Source of the DNA: a virus
Lineage: Duplodnaviria > Caudoviricetes
Direction: 5' to 3' (one strand)
Length of the DNA: 37,230 nucleotides
Virus record (IMG/VR): IMGVR_UViG_3300034682_000022
Location: 1 to 37,230 of that record
Of this stretch, positions 25,166-33,285 are shown piece after piece; positions within the stretch are counted from its first letter, which is position 1; the number at the start of each line of letters is the position of its first letter. The position numbers and the translations under genes were made by a program. The notes under the pieces are model-generated. The model saw only the letters and a list, made by a program, of their open reading frames with translations. It searched no databases and was not told the origin of the DNA.

Positions 25166-25822
25166 TTAAGTTTGTGGGGCCACGGTGCTGGAGGCTTCCA
25201 GCTGAATGCCCGCGGCGTTGTTGAACAAGGCGAGATGGCTGGCAGCAAGCTGCGCATTGCCTGCGACTTCCGCGTCCTTTGAATAGGCGCGGTAGAGCAC
25301 GTAATTCAAAAGCGGGTTTGCCCACTCGTCTGGCAGATCAATGTTCCCGCTCACCGTTGCCGCCGCTGCCCCGCTGGCAGTCGCTGTGGCCGCGGGATAA
25401 GCGGAATACACCAACTCCAGTGCCGCTGTTGTAGCGGCAGGCGGGTATGTCAGGAACGCTCGCGGCTCGCGCAAGTCGTGCATGAAATGCTGGATTTCTG
25501 CAGCCGGGGCCATTCCTTGCCAGTCGCGCACCGTGGCATCCAGCAACACCTGGTCCACCTTGGTAATGGCACGCTTGCGGACTCCTGCGTTTCGCGGGAT
25601 GTCGATGAGAGAAGCCGCTGCTGCGGGCAATGTGTGCCGTGCACCTGCCGCAGCTGGTGTGAACGTCACAACAGTAGCCGTGGTGTCTGGTCGCATTTGC
25701 GCAATAGCGCGCTGCCCATCGTGCAAGTATTTCACCAGCTCAGTGGCCGGCCAGCGTGTGCCAGACACATCGAGCAGAGCAATCTGCACGTCAAGGATGA
25801 TGGACTGGGCGGTAGTGGGCAT
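25166..25822 (-). CDS. Head-tail adaptor-type protein (DUF6682-like, 218 aa)
   Basis: LLD....RW...EL..YL.DGQ.AI...RPD; F..YPP; L.NYVLYRAYSKDAE. Confidence 0.75.
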   Translation of the reverse strand: MPTTAQSIILDVQIALLDVSGTRWPATELVKYLHDGQRAIAQMRPDTTATVVTFTPAAAGARHTLPAAAASLIDIPRNAGVRKRAITKVDQVLLDATVRDWQGMAPAAEIQHFMHDLREPRAFLTYPPAATTAALELVYSAYPAATATASGAAAATVSGNIDLPDEWANPLLNYVLYRAYSKDAEVAGNAQLAASHLALFNNAAGIQLEASSTVAPQT

Positions 25823-25824
25823 GG

Positions 25825-25876
25825 TGCAATCGAGTTAACGATTGCAAGAATCCGCCATTTTTTCCCGGAGTCAACG
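25825..25876 (-). promoter_or_regulatory. Putative late promoter (CGTTGACTCCG box) plus leader hairpin
   Basis: CGTTGACTCCG at 25876-25866; TTGACT-16 nt-GATTCT; inverted repeat TGCAATCG/CGATTGCA at 25825-25846. Confidence 0.7.
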
Positions 25877-26485
25877 CTACAGGTACGTTGGCCTGCTGCG
25901 CATCTTGGCGGCTAGAACACCGCGGCTGTGCTTTGCCGCAATAGTGGACACGCGCGCCTCAAACATGGCCTGGTGCATGGGCGATGCAGCCAGGTCAGAG
26001 AACGGCTGATTCGGCACGCGCTTGAGGGATGCAATAGCACCGTGGGCAATGTCCTGCATGTGCTGTTGTGCCAGGGCATCATCCAGAGTGTTGGATGTGA
26101 TGCTAGGCGCCACTGCAACCTCGGCAATCACCTCAATGCCCGCTGGCTGGATGGGGTACACCACCAGCGTGCGGCCATCTTGTGTGAAGGCAAACTCACG
26201 GCCTGGGTTGGTGCGTGAAAGCTCCAGGCCGTGCGCTGCTTCCACTAGTGGGAAATCGATGTCACCCACAGTCACCGATTTGATCTTGATGATCTGCGTA
26301 TCCATTGGAGCTTCCAGCGGCACCAATGCGGTTCCTTCCGTCACCACTGGCTCTAGCACCTGCCGATATGACAGCGTGCGCCGGAAGAAATCAATGGCCG
26401 CCAGTTTGATGTGCTGGTCCATCACCGGCTGAGGGCAGCCGATCACATAGGGCAGCACATAGGGGCTGAAATCAGACCACTTCAT
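25877..26485 (-). CDS. Head-tail adaptor-type protein (202 aa)
   Basis: PYVIGCP...AAIDF.RRT...L.VYP.P...IAHGAIASL...P.QPFS pattern; position after the capsid genes. Confidence 0.75.
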   Translation of the reverse strand: MKWSDFSPYVLPYVIGCPQPVMDQHIKLAAIDFFRRTLSYRQVLEPVVTEGTALVPLEAPMDTQIIKIKSVTVGDIDFPLVEAAHGLELSRTNPGREFAFTQDGRTLVVYPIQPAGIEVIAEVAVAPSITSNTLDDALAQQHMQDIAHGAIASLKRVPNQPFSDLAASPMHQAMFEARVSTIAAKHSRGVLAAKMRSRPTYL

Positions 26486-26681
26486 CGTCGTACTGGCGGT
26501 GGGTCAGGTAGCGCAGCTGAACGCGGATCTTGTCGTCATCCATGCGCTCAACCTCCGAGCGAGCCAGCCCGCGGCGGTGGGCCAGCGCACGCAGATCACT
26601 GCCCGACAGCTTCTCGGGGTTCTCCCGGTCAGCCGCGGACAGTTCCTGCGCAGGCTCGGCAGCTTTGCGCGGGCGGGCCAT
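26472..26681 (-). CDS. Small hypothetical protein (69 aa), HeH/Rho-N-like
   Basis: TGATG-coupled start MARPRK; EKLSGSDLRALAHRRGL helix pattern. Confidence 0.6.
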   Translation of the reverse strand: MARPRKAAEPAQELSAADRENPEKLSGSDLRALAHRRGLARSEVERMDDDKIRVQLRYLTHRQYDDEVV

Positions 26682-27136
26682 CAGGCGATGCCTACAGTCA
26701 CGGGAAGGCAGATCAGCGTTGCGCGGATCGTCTGGCCGGCTGCGGGGTTCGCGCCCAGGAACTTGATGCCCCACCCACGCTCAGAAGCGCTGGATGCAAG
26801 ACCACTCACGTTCTTGGAACGGCGAATCACGCCAGCGGTAGCGGCGGCAGAGGCTGCGAAGAACTCGCTACCCATGGTGCGCGCGTTGTCGGCCTTGCCG
26901 TAGGTGCCACTGATAACGCCAGCGTCCAGCGTGGCCGAAGCGCCCAATGCGCCGTTGTCCACGATCAGGTCCACAGGCACGCAGTTCTGCGGGATTGCGC
27001 CGAACTCCACGATGTCATTGATGGCATCGCCGGTCACGGTCACGTACTCGCCAGTCACAGAGATGAGGTTAGCGGCTTGGGCCGCGGTAGGGGCAGGCAG
27101 ACCAGCCAGCACCTGCTTGGATTGTTTGAGGGCCAT
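26681..27136 (-). CDS. Capsid decoration/cement protein (151 aa)
   Basis: Beta-rich (NDIVEFGAIP...TLDAG) protein directly after the major capsid gene. Confidence 0.7.
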   Translation of the reverse strand: MALKQSKQVLAGLPAPTAAQAANLISVTGEYVTVTGDAINDIVEFGAIPQNCVPVDLIVDNGALGASATLDAGVISGTYGKADNARTMGSEFFAASAAATAGVIRRSKNVSGLASSASERGWGIKFLGANPAAGQTIRATLICLPVTVGIA

Positions 27137-27164
27137 TTTGGTATTCCTTCAGGTGAGGGTTGCG

Positions 27165-28274
27165 TTAGACGGCGGCGGTGTAGGCCGTGTCCACAGTGAT
27201 CTGGCCGTAGTCCAGACCGTCGAACTGGGACTTGTCAGCGCCGAAAATCATCTCGAAGAACAAGATGTGATCGTGCTTGCGGTCGTCCATGTCTTCGTCC
27301 AGGCTCACCGACATACCATCGGCCATACCCTTGGTGCCGTGCGCGATGGAAACAGCGTTGGCGCCCATGAACAGCGAACGGGCAGCAGCGACATTGCCGC
27401 CAGAGCCGTAGTCGTTGAACTTCACGCCCACTTCCATTTCGTCAATCAGCACGCCGTTGAACATCCCGGCGCCGCCCTTGAAGATCTCGGACTCTTTGCC
27501 CACAGCAGCGGTCAGAGCCTTCTGGGCTTCAAACCAGCCTTGTGCGCCCACATCGTCGCGGATGTCCTGCATCACTTCGGGTAGCACAGCCAAAATGAAG
27601 CAATCCTTGCCGCCCTTGCGAACGGCCGTCATCTTCACAGGCTTGTCCTTGCCGCCCAGCATCTTCTTGGCCTTGGTGCGCAGCTTGTTCACCGTGGCAA
27701 GAGTCATCTTGTCGGTGCCTGCCAGGGTGGCTTTGGCCTTGGAGCCATCCGCGCCCACAAACAAGTGGGCAGCATCAGGGGCGCGCAGGGCGTTGGGGTA
27801 GCCCGCGTAGTCAGCGCCGAAGTGGCTGATCTCATCACCCACACCGCGGGCGCCGGATGCAGCGGTCACGATGACCTGCTCATACAGCTCCTTGATGTAC
27901 TCGGTCAGCTTCTCGCGGCCCTGCTTCTTCAGGTTGTAGCCCACGCGCGACTGCTCGATGCGTGCACCGACGTTCACGCCATGGCGGAACTCGTTGATGC
28001 GCATCGTGTGTGCGGCGTGCTGCAGCTTGAACTCTTGGCCCGCGAGTTTCTGGCCCTCGGTGATGGGGGCGCCGCGCAGCTTGGCCACCAGTGCGGTGGT
28101 CACTTCATCGCCGGCGCCCTTTTCCAGTTCCGTCTTCTTGATGACGGCAGAGCGCGAGCCTTCTTCACCCACCAGGCGGGCGAAATACTGCTCTTGGGCA
28201 GCGTCGTTAGCTACTGCCGCTGCCCAGGCTTTACGCTTGTTCGGGTCGTTCGGCAAAATTGTCGTGCGGCTCAT
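27165..28274 (-). CDS. Major capsid protein, N4-gp56/DUF4043 family
   Basis: ELEKGAGDEVT..LV.KL.G.P..G...L.G.E; W.EAQK...IFKG..GM.NGVLI; DYGQITVDT; AAGGAG SD. Confidence 0.9.
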   Translation of the reverse strand: MSRTTILPNDPNKRKAWAAAVANDAAQEQYFARLVGEEGSRSAVIKKTELEKGAGDEVTTALVAKLRGAPITEGQKLAGQEFKLQHAAHTMRINEFRHGVNVGARIEQSRVGYNLKKQGREKLTEYIKELYEQVIVTAASGARGVGDEISHFGADYAGYPNALRAPDAAHLFVGADGSKAKATLAGTDKMTLATVNKLRTKAKKMLGGKDKPVKMTAVRKGGKDCFILAVLPEVMQDIRDDVGAQGWFEAQKALTAAVGKESEIFKGGAGMFNGVLIDEMEVGVKFNDYGSGGNVAAARSLFMGANAVSIAHGTKGMADGMSVSLDEDMDDRKHDHILFFEMIFGADKSQFDGLDYGQITVDTAYTAAV

Positions 28275-28279
28275 GTGTT

Positions 28280-28316
28280 ACTCCTTGTCCAGCACAGTGA
28301 CGCACTCCTGCGCGCC
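28280..28316 (-). promoter_or_regulatory. Capsid leader with AGGA-loop hairpin and CsrA-like site over the SD
   Basis: GGCGCGC-AGGA-GTGCGTC (28316-28299) and ACAAGGAGT (28288-28280). Confidence 0.6.
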
Positions 28317-28317
28317 G

Positions 28318-28342
28318 AAAAACCCCCAGCGGGATGCCAGGG
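28318..28342 (-). terminator. Weak intrinsic terminator/attenuator-like hairpin before the capsid leader
   Basis: CCCTGGC-ATCCC-GCTGGGG (two G-U pairs) followed by GTTTTT. Confidence 0.4.
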
Positions 28343-28344
28343 CC

Positions 28345-28551
28345 TTACAAAGCTGGCTCAGTTCGCCGCCTGCTCTCGGGCTTGCCCACCCTCACGGAAG
28401 GGCTTGCCTGAATACGCACGCGGGCCTTGCGTCCATCTTTGGATTCGAGTATTAGCACAATTTTTTCGGAGTCAACGCCATTGATTCCGCGCAGGCAAAC
28501 GGATTCGCCCTCGCGGATCTCAACCACCAGCCCCGGCTTGTTTTGGGCCAT
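28345..28551 (-). CDS. CsrA/RsmA-like small RNA-binding protein (68 aa)
   Basis: LVVEIREGESVCL...IVLILESKDGRKARVRIQASPSVRVGKPE aligns by eye with CsrA LILTRRVGETLMI...[29 protein letters not shown]; TAATG-coupled to the scaffold gene. Confidence 0.7.
   Translation of the reverse strand: MAQNKPGLVVEIREGESVCLRGINGVDSEKIVLILESKDGRKARVRIQASPSVRVGKPESRRRTEPAL
28448..28477 (-). promoter_or_regulatory. Putative late promoter (CGTTGACTCCG box) inside the CsrA-like gene, pointing at the capsid gene
   Basis: CGTTGACTCCG at 28477-28467; TTGACT-16 nt-AATACT. Confidence 0.65.
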
Positions 28552-29411
28552 TACTCGTCCAGCAAAGCTGCCTGCTGTGCGGGCGTCAACTTGGCATAGG
28601 CGGCCTCGTAGGCGGGTCCCTTGAGGCGTGCAATCTGCTCGATCACCCCGCCTGTGTTCGGCGTGGACGCACTGGGCAGGCTGCGCAGCGTCACTGGCAC
28701 ATCACCTGCAGGCTTGCGGTCGGATGCTGGCGCCTTGGCCTGGGACTGCACGCCACGCATAGCCTTGACCATCTTGTGCGCGTCCTCGATCAAGTCTGCG
28801 AAGTCCTTGCCAGCATTGGCAGGCTGTGCGGCCAGCACCTGCAGGCTGGTGTCGAACTGCTGCTGCGCCGTGGCATCCGTGGCATAGTCCACCTCGCCCT
28901 TGGTGTTCGCAATCAGCCGCTGAATGGCGCGGGCTTGGTACGCCTGCTGAGACTGCGCATTGGCTTCTTGCAAAGTCTCTGCACGGATGCGCGCTGCTGC
29001 CAAGTCCTCCAGCGCCTCTGACACACGGGCATCCTCGGCCGCGTAGGCTTCCGCATCAATCTCTCCGTCCATGAGTTGCTTCATGGCCTCGGCCTTGGCC
29101 TTCATCAGCTCTGCACGCTGGGCTTTGTAGTCTGGTGGCACCTCGGCTTTGTATGTAGGCAGCTCGGCTGCTTCGGTGCTAGCGGCAGCGGGGGCAGGAT
29201 CAGCTTCGGCCTGCTCTGCCTCGGCAGTCGGCGCATCGGCTGCGGCCTGCTCTGCTTCGGGTTCTGCTGCAGCCTCGGGCGCTGCCTCAGAGGCTGGCTC
29301 GTCTGCGTCAGCCTCCACGGTCAGCGGTTCATCATCGCCAAACGGGTCTTGGCCAGCGGCCTGCGCGGCGGCAATGGCTTCAAGTGCTTTGAGGTCTTCG
29401 GGTGTGCTCAT
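28551..29411 (-). CDS. Capsid scaffolding protein (286 aa)
   Basis: Acidic Ala/Glu-rich N-terminus and coiled coil, ending in P.TLRSLP...YEAAYAKLTPAQQAALL; lies between portal and capsid. Alternative GTG at 29420. Confidence 0.8.
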   Translation of the reverse strand: MSTPEDLKALEAIAAAQAAGQDPFGDDEPLTVEADADEPASEAAPEAAAEPEAEQAAADAPTAEAEQAEADPAPAAASTEAAELPTYKAEVPPDYKAQRAELMKAKAEAMKQLMDGEIDAEAYAAEDARVSEALEDLAAARIRAETLQEANAQSQQAYQARAIQRLIANTKGEVDYATDATAQQQFDTSLQVLAAQPANAGKDFADLIEDAHKMVKAMRGVQSQAKAPASDRKPAGDVPVTLRSLPSASTPNTGGVIEQIARLKGPAYEAAYAKLTPAQQAALLDE

Positions 29412-29415
29412 GGTT

Positions 29416-29429
29416 CTCACTCCTGCGAG
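29416..29429 (-). promoter_or_regulatory. AGGA-loop hairpin containing the scaffold SD
   Basis: CTCGC-AGGA-GTGAG, 4 nt upstream of ATG 29411. Confidence 0.6.
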
Positions 29430-29441
29430 GTTGGTGGTGGG

Positions 29442-29828
29442 TTATTGGTTAGCCAGCTGGCTGCGCAGCTCGTAGCCCATCAGCGGCCAAATCTTCTGCA
29501 CAGCGTTCTGGCGGGCAATCTTGCGGCCCACCTCGGCGTCGAAGTTCTCTGGGCTGGCGCAGGCGCTCTCGCCGGTCACGGTGAAGCCGTTGCGCAGGAC
29601 CAGCACGCAGAAGGTGAGAAGGCCCAAAGGCGCAAGATCGGCATTGCCCTCCACGGGACGCTCCCTGCCCACGTACGCCTCGTTTGTCAGCGCACCCAGC
29701 CTGCCGTCTCGGGCCGTGAAATAGTGCTCGCTGGCGATGTTCGCCTCAATGTCCGCAGGCGTCACGCGCGGCGCTGTCAGGCCCTTGGCCTGGATCTCTT
29801 GCTCGATAGTTTCGTTGATGGTGCTCAT
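29442..29828 (-). CDS. Gp49 family protein (N4 gp49/Sf6 gp66-like)
   Basis: APRVTP..IE...LTFCVLVLRNGFTVTGESACASPENFDAEVGRKIARQNAVQKIWPLMGY; GAGG SD. Confidence 0.88.
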   Translation of the reverse strand: MSTINETIEQEIQAKGLTAPRVTPADIEANIASEHYFTARDGRLGALTNEAYVGRERPVEGNADLAPLGLLTFCVLVLRNGFTVTGESACASPENFDAEVGRKIARQNAVQKIWPLMGYELRSQLANQ

Positions 29829-29872
29829 GTAAACCTCGGTGTTCATGGGTGGGATTGGTGAAATTACGCAGG

Positions 29873-30097
29873 TCATTGGCAGGCCTCACAAGTGCCATCG
29901 CCAGACAAGTCGCATGCCTTCCCTAAAGGGAAGTCGTCGGCCTGAGCCACCAGGTCCAGTTCGCCCAGTCGATGCAGCTGGGTCTGGCCATCCCATGCGC
30001 ACAGGGCCTGCTGGCCATCCAGGCTGGTGATGGTCATGTCTGGGCCGCCGCTCTTGTGGCGCACGGTGTCTCCTGTGGAAATTGGGGTCGCTGTCAT
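29873..30097 (-). CDS. YodC/DUF2158-like small protein with a C-terminal CxxC tail
   Basis: GDTVRHKSGGPDMTI...CAW; ends ACDLSGDGTCEACQ; ATGA overlap with the portal gene. Confidence 0.75.
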   Translation of the reverse strand: MTATPISTGDTVRHKSGGPDMTITSLDGQQALCAWDGQTQLHRLGELDLVAQADDFPLGKACDLSGDGTCEACQ

Positions 30098-32280
30098 TGC
30101 TGTGGTGGTAGTGGTTGCTCAATCAGGTTTTGCTCTACGCCATCGGCCATGGGTGTCTGGCTGCCCGCCATGGCGCCGTCCATCTGCTGCATGTCGGGGA
30201 TGGGCTCCTGCATGGGCGGCTGCATCGGCGCAGGTTGTGCTGCAGGCATTGCGGCCGGGTCAATCACACCCTGGCCATTCATGTCCTTGAACCCCACCGA
30301 CTTCAGCAGCTCGTCAGCCACGGGCGTGATCTGCGGCGCCATCGCCAGCACCTGCGCAGCCTGGGCCGACAGGTACAGCCCTTCCAGGCGCTTGGCCATG
30401 GCATCGGCTTCCAGCTTCTCACCCTTGGCCTGGGCTTCGCGAATCTGCGCTTGGAGTTGTGCCATCTGCGCCTCAAACTGGGCCTGCGCCATCTGCTGCT
30501 TCTGCTGCATCTCGGCTTGCTGCTCGGGCGTCATCTTCCCGGTGTCATCGGCCTGGCCATTCACCGAACGGATGCGCTTCAAGATTGCCTGCTTGCGCGG
30601 CAGGTTCGGATGCATCTCGAAAATCACGTCCAGCAGGTTGACCACGATTTGCGGCGCAGCGCTGGCCAGCTGGGTCATCACCTGCATCAGCTGCTCAAAG
30701 GCCGCTTCGGCAAAGGACTGTTTCCAGGCCTGCTCGCCCACGGTGAAGTGCGCCTGGCGCTGGGTGATGTCGTTCAGATACGTGCCGTCAGGTTGTGGTT
30801 CATTGATGCGCGTGTACTCATTGCGCCCGTTGTCGCCGCTGGTGCGCACCGTCATGGGCTGGGTAATGAACTGCTCAGCCAGGCTCAGCGCCATCTCGCC
30901 CTCCATCTGCCGGGCAAACAGCAGGTTGTCGAACAGCTCCATTGTCAGCAGACTGCCCTGCTCCTGCTTAGCCAGCACAGCGCGCCCACTGGTCACATTG
31001 GAGTCCAGCCCCCGGTTGTCTGGGGTAACGCCCGACATTTGCCGAATAGCCGACTGGTCGTATTGCGCCAGGTTCAACTGGAATTGGGCGCTCTGGTTGT
31101 TGTCCCGGTCGCGCACCTTGCCGCCAGCCAGCGCCCCACGGGCAAACACTGCCGTGCCGTGCGGGTCATCCAGCTCGCGCCGGATCTCGTCAATGTCCAT
31201 CACCTCGGGGTTGAAGGAGTCTTCTTCCATCAGCAGCTGGTTGGCGCTGGCCTCATACAAACTGCGGCTCATGCGATGGTTCAGCGCCTCCTGCGGCCCC
31301 ATCAGCTGGCAGATTGGGCTATACGGCAGGCCGGTGCGCTTGTTCCGGTAGGCCCAATACGGGATGAATGGGAACCGGTCATGCTTGAACGGGCTCCACG
31401 ACTCAATCAGCGTGTCCTTCTCCGTCATGATGGAGCACATGATGCGCCAGGTCATCGGGTCGGCAATGCCAAACGGCCCCGGCTCCTTGTTGTGAAAAGG
31501 CTCACGGCTCCAGCACTCCAGCAGCAGCACGCGCTCGCGGGTGTTGAACATGTCCACCGGCTTGGCCGTCAGGTAGTCCAGCTTGTCATCCTGGCTGCTG
31601 AAAGCATCCAGGCCAGCAATCAGCCCCGTGCCCAGCCAATTGCGCAGAATCTCCGCATCGTCGCCGTTCTGTGCGCAGGCTTCCAGCTTGTCCTTCTTGT
31701 CCGGGAACAGCGCGATAGCCACATCCAGGTCCACAACCTTGATGCGGAACAGGTAGCGGGCGTCAGACAGATCCCGCTTGGTGGCCATGCTGTCCCACAG
31801 GATGTTTCGCCACGATTCAGCACCGATATAGACCGGCGCGCCGTTCTTATCACCACGCAGGCCCACCTCAATCCAGCCGATGCCAGCCTTAAAAGCGTCC
31901 TCGGCTGCATAGCTGCGCTCAAAGCTGGCCCGGTTTGTCTCGTCCAGGTACTTGAGCAGCTTGGTCTTGAGCGTGGCGTCCGTGTCAGCTTCCTCGCCCT
32001 CGTCGTCGGCCACCACCAGAAAATCCACCCGCGTCTTGCGCTCGGTGCCGATCAGCCAGTCAATCGTGGGCTTGACCTCGTTGTAAACCACCACCGGCTG
32101 GCCACGGTCGCGCAACTCCTGGGCGTCGTCAAACTCGTACTGGTTGCCGTCGTAGAAGCTTTCCGAGCGCGCCATCATTGCTCTGTTAGCCGATTGCCTA
32201 GCGGCCTCAGCCAAAAACCAACTCCTTCGCTTGTCGTGTCGCTCCTGAACGGACGCTTCATCTTTTTTCAGGCCATCCAT
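30094..32280 (-). CDS. Portal protein (728 aa)
   Basis: FYDGNQY...RGQP..VYNE.KP..DW..G.E; G.GW; HDRFPFIP; PQ..LN.RMS; SGRA....QEQG; Gln/Met-rich tail. Confidence 0.92.
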   Translation of the reverse strand: MDGLKKDEASVQERHDKRRSWFLAEAARQSANRAMMARSESFYDGNQYEFDDAQELRDRGQPVVVYNEVKPTIDWLIGTERKTRVDFLVVADDEGEEADTDATLKTKLLKYLDETNRASFERSYAAEDAFKAGIGWIEVGLRGDKNGAPVYIGAESWRNILWDSMATKRDLSDARYLFRIKVVDLDVAIALFPDKKDKLEACAQNGDDAEILRNWLGTGLIAGLDAFSSQDDKLDYLTAKPVDMFNTRERVLLLECWSREPFHNKEPGPFGIADPMTWRIMCSIMTEKDTLIESWSPFKHDRFPFIPYWAYRNKRTGLPYSPICQLMGPQEALNHRMSRSLYEASANQLLMEEDSFNPEVMDIDEIRRELDDPHGTAVFARGALAGGKVRDRDNNQSAQFQLNLAQYDQSAIRQMSGVTPDNRGLDSNVTSGRAVLAKQEQGSLLTMELFDNLLFARQMEGEMALSLAEQFITQPMTVRTSGDNGRNEYTRINEPQPDGTYLNDITQRQAHFTVGEQAWKQSFAEAAFEQLMQVMTQLASAAPQIVVNLLDVIFEMHPNLPRKQAILKRIRSVNGQADDTGKMTPEQQAEMQQKQQMAQAQFEAQMAQLQAQIREAQAKGEKLEADAMAKRLEGLYLSAQAAQVLAMAPQITPVADELLKSVGFKDMNGQGVIDPAAMPAAQPAPMQPPMQEPIPDMQQMDGAMAGSQTPMADGVEQNLIEQPLPPQQ

Positions 32281-32282
32281 GA

Positions 32283-32783
32283 TTACGCCGTCCTTAGTTC
32301 TGGGTTGAATGTGTGATGTATGGCTTTGGCTGCCTTGTAGGCATCATGAGCCTCTTGTTCGGTAGCGAAATAGCCCAAATGCTTTTTCCGACCGCCTATC
32401 TGTATCTGCGCCGACCACTTCCCCGTCCGCGCAAGAAACGATGCACCAATTAGGCTGTTGGCGCCTTTTGGTGTCGGAGAGATGTTTTCCAGGTTCTGCG
32501 CATGCGTCGCTTCTCGTAGGTTGCAAAGGCGGTTATCCGACCTATTGCCATTGATGTGGTCGATCTCCCTTGGGAGTCGCCCATAAACATAGAGCCACGC
32601 TAGCCGGTGCGCGTACTTGTTCCCACCGTTCCAGTTCACCGTTTTGTACCCAAGCACTTTGTCGATGTGACCGACCTTCTCGCCAGCCTTTTTGCAGCGC
32701 CCATCAACTGCGCGGAAAAAGTCGCCCGTTTCAGGGTCGTAGCGCAATTCGTGGCGCAGCTTTTTTTGCAATTCAATGGTCAT
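32283..32783 (-). CDS. HNH homing endonuclease with AP2 domain
   Basis: LRYDPETG.F; YAHRLAWLYVYG..P.EIDHINGNRSDNRLCNLREAT; KWSAQI...KHLGYF.TE.EA..AY. Confidence 0.93.
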   Translation of the reverse strand: MTIELQKKLRHELRYDPETGDFFRAVDGRCKKAGEKVGHIDKVLGYKTVNWNGGNKYAHRLAWLYVYGRLPREIDHINGNRSDNRLCNLREATHAQNLENISPTPKGANSLIGASFLARTGKWSAQIQIGGRKKHLGYFATEQEAHDAYKAAKAIHHTFNPELRTA

Positions 32784-33280
32784 ACTTCGGCCTCGTTGAG
32801 CACCTTGCCGGTGTCTTTGTTAGTGGCTGTCACCTCCCACATCGCGGGTGTGTCCAGGGCTTGTTTGATGTACTTGGGGGTGGCCGGCATCAGCACCAGC
32901 TCTGGCGCGAACGTCACCACCACATCCACCAGCTCATGCAGCGCGGCTTTGTCGTTCACATCCTTGCCCAGCAGCGGCAAAGCCTCGCGCGCCTCGCGGA
33001 AACAGTGCTCCGACGGCCCGCCCGTGCATTTGTCGTCTTTGTTGAAGCCCACGAATTCAGTGATGCAGTTGCGGGTGATCGTCCAAATGCCCTGCCCTTC
33101 GCCGGTCACGAACACATTGCTGGCAGGCCAAATGCACATCGCAGCGCGGATGTGCTTGCCCAGGCGAATCCACTCAAGGCTCACAACGTAGCCATGCTTC
33201 ACTGCGGTTTTGTAGGCCTGGTTGCCACCCACGGAGAACATGGGCTCGCCGCTGGGCGACAGGACGGGGGAAATGTTCAC
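32780..33280 (-). CDS. Hypothetical phage protein (166 aa)
   Basis: ORF with phage-like codon usage that fills the gap between terL and the HNH gene; GGAG SD. Confidence 0.75.
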   Translation of the reverse strand: MNISPVLSPSGEPMFSVGGNQAYKTAVKHGYVVSLEWIRLGKHIRAAMCIWPASNVFVTGEGQGIWTITRNCITEFVGFNKDDKCTGGPSEHCFREAREALPLLGKDVNDKAALHELVDVVVTFAPELVLMPATPKYIKQALDTPAMWEVTATNKDTGKVLNEAEV

Positions 33281-33285
33281 GGCGG

